DNA of 45,435 nucleotides, taken from Deltaproteobacteria bacterium. Its GTDB lineage: Bacteria; Desulfobacterota; JAJRXV01. Positions 39,759-45,435 of this stretch are shown here, piece by piece (the stretch's first letter is position 1; every line of letters starts with the position of its first letter). Position numbers and translations under genes: made by a program. The notes beneath the pieces are model-generated. The model was not told where the DNA came from. It made no database searches and worked only from the letters and a program-made list of their open reading frames with translations. The stretch spans positions 1 through 45,435 of the forward strand of contig JAJRXV010000276.1 of NCBI GenBank assembly GCA_024276115.1, written 5' to 3'.

Positions 39759-42700
39759 CTGGAAGAAGGGGCCTTTGGCGTGGATGACTGGTCACTCAGT
39801 AGCGGCCAACCTAATAATGGTAGCTTGTTTGGTCGGTGGGTTTATGTACGCGAAACAGATCAAGCAGGAGGTTTTCCCTTCATTTGATATTGAAATGGTT
39901 ATTGTCAGTGTGCAGTATCCAGGAGCAAGCCCTGAGGAGATCGAAAAAGGTATATTGCTGAGCATCGAGGATGCTGTCAGCGGGCTTGATGGTGTTGATG
40001 AGGTGAAATCGTCCGCGCTAGAAGGGTCAGGGCGAGTGACTATCGAAGCGATAATAGGCGCTGATATGCAGCAGCTGGTGCAGGATGTTCAGAAAGAAGT
40101 CGATGGGATTACTACGTTCCCAACTGATATAGAAGAACCGAGAGTAAGCTTCTTTTCTGGTGGTAAGCGGGTGATATCCATGGTGATATATGGAGACGCC
40201 AGAGAGGCGGCGTTGCGGGAGATAGCTGAGGAAGTACGTGATGACCTTTTGCAGGATAAGGGAATTACACAGGTGAAGCTCGGAGCTATACGTCCTTTTG
40301 AGATAAGTATTGAGATTTCACAAGAAAACCTGAGACGTTACAACCTTACTTTGGAGCAGGTAGCCGCCAGATTACGAAGTGAGTCTGTCGATCTCCCGGC
40401 CGGTGGTATAAAGACTGATGCCGGTGAGATATTGCTTAGGGTAAGTGAGCAACGTGACTACGGGTACGAGTTTGGGCGTATACCGATTATATCTACACCT
40501 GACGGCAGTCAGGTGCTTTTAGAGGATATCGCGCGGGTAAGTGATGGCTTTCAGGACTTAGATAAATACGCTTTATATGATGGCAAGCCCGCGGTGATGT
40601 TAAAGGTTTACCGGGTAGGTGACCAGACCCCTATTGAGGTTTCTGATACTGTTCATCAGTATGTCGAACAGTTGCGGAAAAATCTCCCAAAAGGGCTTGA
40701 CGCGAGCATACTCAGCGACAGGTCTGAGATGTATCGTCAGCGTGTCGATCTGTTGCTCAGAAATGGTCTGATCGGTCTGGTGCTGGTTCTCGTTGTACTC
40801 GCTTTATTCTTAGAGGTGCGGCTCGCTTTTTGGGTCATGATGGGGATTCCGATCTCATTCCTCGGATCTTTCTTGTTTCTACCGATGTTTGATATTTCAA
40901 TAAATCTAATCTCTCTCTTCGCGTATATTATCGCGCTCGGGATTGTTGTGGATGACGCTATTGTCATCGGAGAGAATGTTTACCACTATCGTCAGGATGG
41001 TATGCCACCTATTGAAGCGGCTGTAAAAGGTGTAAGGGAAATGCTTGTACCTGTAACTTTCAGTGTCCTGACAAATGTTGTAACCTTTATCCCGCTTGCT
41101 TTTGTACCGGGATTTATTGGTAAAATATTTAAATTGATACCTTTTGTGGTGATCTCGGTTTTTATGATATCTCTCTTGGAGTGCCTTTTTATCTTACCGG
41201 CGCATCTTGGTCATCTAAAAAACAAGAAGCGTGGAAGAATGATGACATGGTTACACAGCTTGCAACAGAATTTCAGTCACGCTTTCAAAAGATGGGTGAG
41301 AAAATATTATGGTCCATTTCTTGACTTTACACTGAGAAACAGATATCTGACGATTGTTGTTGCGATTTCTATATTGATGCTCGCCGTTTCTTACGCGAAA
41401 AGCGGGCGCATGGGGCTTGAGGTGTTCCCAAAGGTTGAGTCTGATTTTTCCTTGGTGACGTTGACATTACCATACGGTAGCCCCGTGGAAAAAACAGAAA
41501 AGCTCATTAAGTACCTGACTGCTAGCGCGCAGAAAGTAGCTGATGAGTCCGGGCATGGAGATGAGCTTGTTGATGGAATTTTCGCTGAAATTGGGAGTAG
41601 CGGTAGCCATACCGGTAATGTCACTGTTTATCTTGCCGCGCCGGAGATCCGCTCGAAGATCATGAGTACGGATGAGTTTACTGAACGTTGGCGAAAAGCC
41701 GCCGGTGAGATTGCCGGTATTGAGTCAATATTCTATCAGTCTGACGCTGGTGGTCCCGGCGCCGGGCAGGGCTTGACTGTCGAGTTGAATCACCGTAATA
41801 TTGATGTCCTTTCGAAAGCTAGCGCAGAGCTGGCGGAGGTGTTGAGCGGATACCCTAGAGTTTCAGATGTTGATGACGGATTTCAACCGGGTAAGGAACA
41901 GTTGGACTTTACTGTTACCCAGGAGGGGAAGAGCCTCGGTATTACCGCGAGCGATGTAGCCAGAAAGATCAGGAACTCGCTATATGGTCGAGAGGTGTTG
42001 CGTCAACAACGCGGTCGTAACAGTATTAAAATCATGGTGCGGCTACCTGAGTCGGAGCGTGTTTCCCTGCACACTATAGATGAGTTGATGATACGGGCGT
42101 CTTCAGGCGCCGAAGTGCCTCTAAGGGAGGTGACAAAGATAAAATATGGTCGATCATACACTGCTATCAATCGCAGGAGCGGCAGGCGGGTAGTGCTTGT
42201 CAGCGCTAATGTAAGTCCGAGAAGCAAGACCGGTGAGGTGTTGAATGATATGCTTCAAACGGCGCTACCCGCTTTGATGCAGAAATACCCCGGGTTGCGG
42301 TACAGCTTTGAGGGGGGTAACGCGAGTACGCGTGAAAGCCTTGGTAGCCTGAAAACCACATACCCTCTAGCGTTGCTTATCATTTACGCTATGCTTGCCA
42401 TACCATTTAGAAGTTACACTCAGCCGCTTATCGTTATGGTGAGTATCCCATTCGGTGTCATTGGGGCGGTTTTAGGGCATCTCATCATGGGGTATAGTCT
42501 AAGTATCCTTAGCATGTTCGGTATTGTCGCTCTATCAGGTGTTGTCGTTAACGATTCGCTGATTATGGTCGATGCGGCAAACCGTTTGAAGCGTGAAGGT
42601 GGCGGTTCGAGCCATTCTGTAATACACGCGGCTGGTATTCAGCGGTTCAGACCGATACTGCTGACTACATTGACGACCTGCGGTGGGTTGGCTCCGATGA

Positions 42701-42885
42701 TAATGGAGACTTCGCGCCAGGCGAAGTTTTTAATCCCGATGGCGATCTCACTCGGGTTCGGGATATTGTTCGCGACTTTCATTACTTTAATCTTGGTGCC
42801 TTCTCTTTATATGGTTGTTGAGGATAGTAATGATGCCGTAAAAAAAATTCCTTACATTGTAAGAAAAATTATTGAATGGAGATGA
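39748..42885 (+). CDS. RND efflux permease (AcrB/AcrD/AcrF family)
   Basis: 1045 aa; YPGASPEEIE; GIVVDDAIVIGEN; RFRPILLT. Confidence 0.95.
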   Translation: MDVNWKKGPLAWMTGHSVAANLIMVACLVGGFMYAKQIKQEVFPSFDIEMVIVSVQYPGASPEEIEKGILLSIEDAVSGLDGVDEVKSSALEGSGRVTIEAIIGADMQQLVQDVQKEVDGITTFPTDIEEPRVSFFSGGKRVISMVIYGDAREAALREIAEEVRDDLLQDKGITQVKLGAIRPFEISIEISQENLRRYNLTLEQVAARLRSESVDLPAGGIKTDAGEILLRVSEQRDYGYEFGRIPIISTPDGSQVLLEDIARVSDGFQDLDKYALYDGKPAVMLKVYRVGDQTPIEVSDTVHQYVEQLRKNLPKGLDASILSDRSEMYRQRVDLLLRNGLIGLVLVLVVLALFLEVRLAFWVMMGIPISFLGSFLFLPMFDISINLISLFAYIIALGIVVDDAIVIGENVYHYRQDGMPPIEAAVKGVREMLVPVTFSVLTNVVTFIPLAFVPGFIGKIFKLIPFVVISVFMISLLECLFILPAHLGHLKNKKRGRMMTWLHSLQQNFSHAFKRWVRKYYGPFLDFTLRNRYLTIVVAISILMLAVSYAKSGRMGLEVFPKVESDFSLVTLTLPYGSPVEKTEKLIKYLTASAQKVADESGHGDELVDGIFAEIGSSGSHTGNVTVYLAAPEIRSKIMSTDEFTERWRKAAGEIAGIESIFYQSDAGGPGAGQGLTVELNHRNIDVLSKASAELAEVLSGYPRVSDVDDGFQPGKEQLDFTVTQEGKSLGITASDVARKIRNSLYGREVLRQQRGRNSIKIMVRLPESERVSLHTIDELMIRASSGAEVPLREVTKIKYGRSYTAINRRSGRRVVLVSANVSPRSKTGEVLNDMLQTALPALMQKYPGLRYSFEGGNASTRESLGSLKTTYPLALLIIYAMLAIPFRSYTQPLIVMVSIPFGVIGAVLGHLIMGYSLSILSMFGIVALSGVVVNDSLIMVDAANRLKREGGGSSHSVIHAAGIQRFRPILLTTLTTCGGLAPMIMETSRQAKFLIPMAISLGFGILFATFITLILVPSLYMVVEDSNDAVKKIPYIVRKIIEWR

Positions 42886-43140
42886 TGAGAGAAAAAAATA
42901 AAATCAAATCTATTACGATAAAAAGTTGCTATTTGTCTATATATTTCTACATGTTACATGGCTTATCAACAAGCTTAACAGGACAGCAGTGATCTAAAAT
43001 ACCTAAAAAAATCAAGTATAAAAAAAACAAGCAAACCCGAAGCAGATTTGCTCCACTTCCAGCAAGTCATGTTAGAAGCGACATAGAACGCATAACTTTA
43101 AATTATTCATACATAATCCTCAATTCTTTCCACTTACGCC

Positions 43141-43168
43141 TTGAAATCGTTAAAATATCGGTTATAGT
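43141..43168 (+). promoter_or_regulatory. Possible sigma70 promoter for galT
   Basis: TTGAAA-N16-TATAGT. Confidence 0.45.
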
Positions 43169-43191
43169 TATTTCATTCAAGCCGTTATGAA

Positions 43192-43321
43192 GGGAGTGTT
43201 ACCAAATGGCTAAGAATTATTATTTCAAAAAAAATGTTGCTGTAAGTACCCGTAAAAAGGGGGGTGCGAGCAGCGGGAGCGAAGGGGGAATTCCCCCTTA
43301 AGTACATTGGGCAACATGCCC
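43192..43321. mobile_element. MITE family A, complete copy (130 bp)
   Basis: Imperfect 17-bp terminal inverted repeats GGGAGTGTTACCAAATG / CATTGGGCAACATGCCC; exact 5-bp flanking duplication ATGAA (43187-43191, 43322-43326); internal hairpin AAGGGGGAATTCCCCCTT. Confidence 0.82.
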
Positions 43322-43346
43322 ATGAAATAAATTTCTGGAGGCGCGA

Positions 43347-44357
43347 ATGTCAGAGCTGAGAAAAGATCCTGTTACAAGAGAATGGGTAATACTTGCCAAA
43401 GAGCGGGCGAAAAGACCCGACGATTTTATAGGGAATAAGCCTAAGGAGAAAAAAACGGCGCATGATCCAAAGTGCCCGTTTTGTGAGGGGAACGAAGCTA
43501 AGACACCTCCAGAAGTACTTGCGTATCGCCCACTGGATTCAAAGAAGAACACGAAGGGCTGGCAGCTTAGGGTCATCAACAACAAGTTCGCGGCGCTCAG
43601 CCTCGATGGTGACTTGAGCCGGAAGGATGTACAGCTATTCGACTCAATGCACGGGATTGGCGCCCACGAAGTGGTCGTAGAATCCACCGACCACTCAAAA
43701 AACATCGCGCTGTACGACATAAAAACCGTTGAGAATGTTCTCTGGTCATACTGCGACAGGTATCTGGCGCTAAAAAAAGACCCCCGTCTAAAGTACATAT
43801 CAGTATTCCGAAACCACGGAAAGATCGCTGGCGCATCGCTGGCACACCCACACTCGCAGATAGTCGCGACCCCGATGATCCCACAAAAAGTATGGCACAA
43901 AGTCACAGGTGTGGCGCAATACCGGGAGTACCGGGAACAGTGTGTCTATTGCCATATAATCGAGAGCGAGCTAAAAGAAAAATCGCGGATAATATCGAAA
44001 AACGGCAGCTTTGTAGCGTTGTCGCCATTCGCGTCACGATCACCATTCGAAACGTGGATCCTGCCACTAAAACACAATGCGTGCTTCGCCTACATGAACC
44101 GGTTCGAGGTGAGCGATCTCGCCGAAATACTAAAAGACACCATGTTGAAGTTATACAACTGCCTCGACGACCCGCCATATAATTACACTATGGTCACAGC
44201 TCCATGCGACACCGACAACCTGGACACATTCCACTGGCACCTTGAGATCGTACCGCGGCTCACGACGCCGGCTGGGTTCGAGCTCGGAACAAGTGTATAC
44301 ATCAACGTGACGCCACCAGAGGCGGCGGCGAAGTTTTTGCGGGAGACTAAGTGCTGA
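43347..44357 (+). CDS. galT: Galactose-1-phosphate uridylyltransferase family protein
   Basis: ELRKDP..RAKRP, CPFCEGNE, NKF, GASLAHPHSQ (HxHxQ), AGFELG. Confidence 0.93.
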   Translation: MSELRKDPVTREWVILAKERAKRPDDFIGNKPKEKKTAHDPKCPFCEGNEAKTPPEVLAYRPLDSKKNTKGWQLRVINNKFAALSLDGDLSRKDVQLFDSMHGIGAHEVVVESTDHSKNIALYDIKTVENVLWSYCDRYLALKKDPRLKYISVFRNHGKIAGASLAHPHSQIVATPMIPQKVWHKVTGVAQYREYREQCVYCHIIESELKEKSRIISKNGSFVALSPFASRSPFETWILPLKHNACFAYMNRFEVSDLAEILKDTMLKLYNCLDDPPYNYTMVTAPCDTDNLDTFHWHLEIVPRLTTPAGFELGTSVYINVTPPEAAAKFLRETKC

Positions 44358-45007
44358 TAAAGGGCATATTGCCCATAATGGTAGCGTTTATTTTTCTCAT
44401 AATGTACGGTGGTAACGCCTCTGCGAAGGAACCTATACCTCAACCCAGCGAGGAGCGGTCTCAAACTGAAACACCACCAGCAGAAAAAGAGTTGCTAGGG
44501 AAACCGCAATTCTGCGCCACAAGTCAGGTAGCATGTTATATGGCGCCATGTACAATACCAATTGCAATGCTCATTCCGTCAGGCATATTCGGCAATTACA
44601 ACTTCCATGGTGATGACAGGGACGGTTCTTTCTCCGGTGGATTGAGGTTTGGAATAGCATCAGCGCACCCTGGCAGAAACGACTTTGGTGCAGACCTCAC
44701 TTTTTCCCGGGTCAACCTGACCGGTGATACGGCAGAAGATGACCGTCGTATAGACTGCTTCAACCTGAACTTCCAATACGGATATAAATTGAGCGAACGT
44801 TTTTTAACACTGCTTGAACTCGGACCGGGGCACTACAACTCAGATCAGCAAGAAGACGCTATCGGGATCCGGGGCGCGGTCGGTTTGTTAACCCATTTAG
44901 GCGGGCAGTTTTATCTGGACGTTTCAAGCAATTACCATTATCTTTTTAATGATGAAAAAACAGATTTCTTTGAGTCGCGGGTCGGAGTTGACTACAAGGG
45001 CTTCTGA
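44351..45007 (+). CDS. Outer-membrane beta-barrel protein (OmpA-like, about 8 strands)
   Basis: Signal peptide (ASA-K); alternating beta-strand pattern; C-terminus VGVDYKGF. Confidence 0.65.
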   Translation: MLIKGILPIMVAFIFLIMYGGNASAKEPIPQPSEERSQTETPPAEKELLGKPQFCATSQVACYMAPCTIPIAMLIPSGIFGNYNFHGDDRDGSFSGGLRFGIASAHPGRNDFGADLTFSRVNLTGDTAEDDRRIDCFNLNFQYGYKLSERFLTLLELGPGHYNSDQQEDAIGIRGAVGLLTHLGGQFYLDVSSNYHYLFNDEKTDFFESRVGVDYKGF

Positions 45008-45031
45008 TTTTCACTACCCCTATTTCTTTAT

Positions 45032-45174
45032 AGGAATGTTGGTAAATAGCGAAATTACCCATTTTACGTAAAAACGTTTTTTGTAAGTTGCTGATATCAC
45101 GTGGTAGCTACTAATATCTAGATGCTCAGAAGCGTAGGGGCTTAAGCCCTTAAATTATATTGGGCAACGTGCCC
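45032..45174. mobile_element. MITE family A, diverged copy
   Basis: Left AGGAATGTTGGTAAATA, right TATTGGGCAACGTGCCC, internal AGGGGCTTAAGCCCT hairpin; same layout as 43192..43321. Confidence 0.65.
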
Positions 45175-45176
45175 CT

Positions 45177-45434
45177 TCAATGACTTACAATCAAAAATCT
45201 ATTGAATATCCCTTTCTGCGCAAGAATTTCACGTATCTCTTGTAGTATTCCATGTGTTTCATTGCACTTCTTAAGTTCATCAAAAAGTTCTTTAATATAA
45301 TGTGTATCAAGTCTCAAATCCCTCATAACAAGATGCTTAAGAAGTTTTGAGGTGTCCATAGGCAACTCGCTTGCAAATCCTTTTTCCAGCAAGTTATTTA
45401 AAATAAAATCAACGGTATAATCTCCCGAAGATTT
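45177..45434 (-). CDS. 3' end of a hypothetical protein entering from outside the window
   Basis: Frame is open to the window edge: KSSGDYTVDFILNNLLEKG...FLIVSH*; low GC. Confidence 0.6.
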   Translation of the reverse strand, partial: KSSGDYTVDFILNNLLEKGFASELPMDTSKLLKHLVMRDLRLDTHYIKELFDELKKCNETHGILQEIREILAQKGIFNRFLIVSH

Positions 45435-45435
45435 G

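Noticed and set aside
11332-45174. GGGCAACATGCCC motifs as integron/pdif-like cassette sites or a transcription-factor operator
   Set aside because: A matching left inverted repeat and a 5-bp target duplication at 43192..43321 explain them better as MITE ends.

Overview
A bacterial chromosomal segment of roughly 40% GC; the gene content resembles deltaproteobacteria/Nitrospinota-like lineages (inference). Left to right: (1) the start of a type III-B CRISPR-Cmr operon on the minus strand: a 57-62 aa cas6 remnant with a large internal in-frame deletion, cmr1, and an HD-less cas10/cmr2 with an intact GGDD motif that runs off the left edge and is missing from the ORF track. No array, cas1 or cas2 is visible. 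(2) A coupled pair: a membrane protein and a CFI-box-CTERM-like protein. (3) Two convergent MCPs with acidic periplasmic loops, plus an exported protein carrying a Lys6 tract. (4) tRNA-Leu(CAG) and an IS5 remnant. (5) A trehalose/osmotic operon, DUF5752-treT-otsB-mscS-otsA. (6) A cheA-cheW-mcp-cheR cluster; CheA has two Hpt domains, a Cys-rich two-CW-like insert, MshEN-like repeats and an in-frame TAG. (7) Two paralogous lipoproteins. (8) An unannotated 20-aa CxxxC leader ORF with a terminator, ahead of an HTH gene. (9) A minus-strand run: oppC/dppC (in-frame TAA), miaB, DUF151, a degenerate GGDEF protein, a pseudo-REC/DUF4388 protein and a PHP protein. (10) An XRE/S24 regulator, a cytochrome c, wrbA and a TetR-RND efflux operon whose adaptor has 8+8 matched heptads. 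(11) galT and a beta-barrel gene flanked by MITEs. Two MITE families, one REP-like element and an apparent excess of CGCG are also visible. All calls come from reading motifs by eye; no searches were run.
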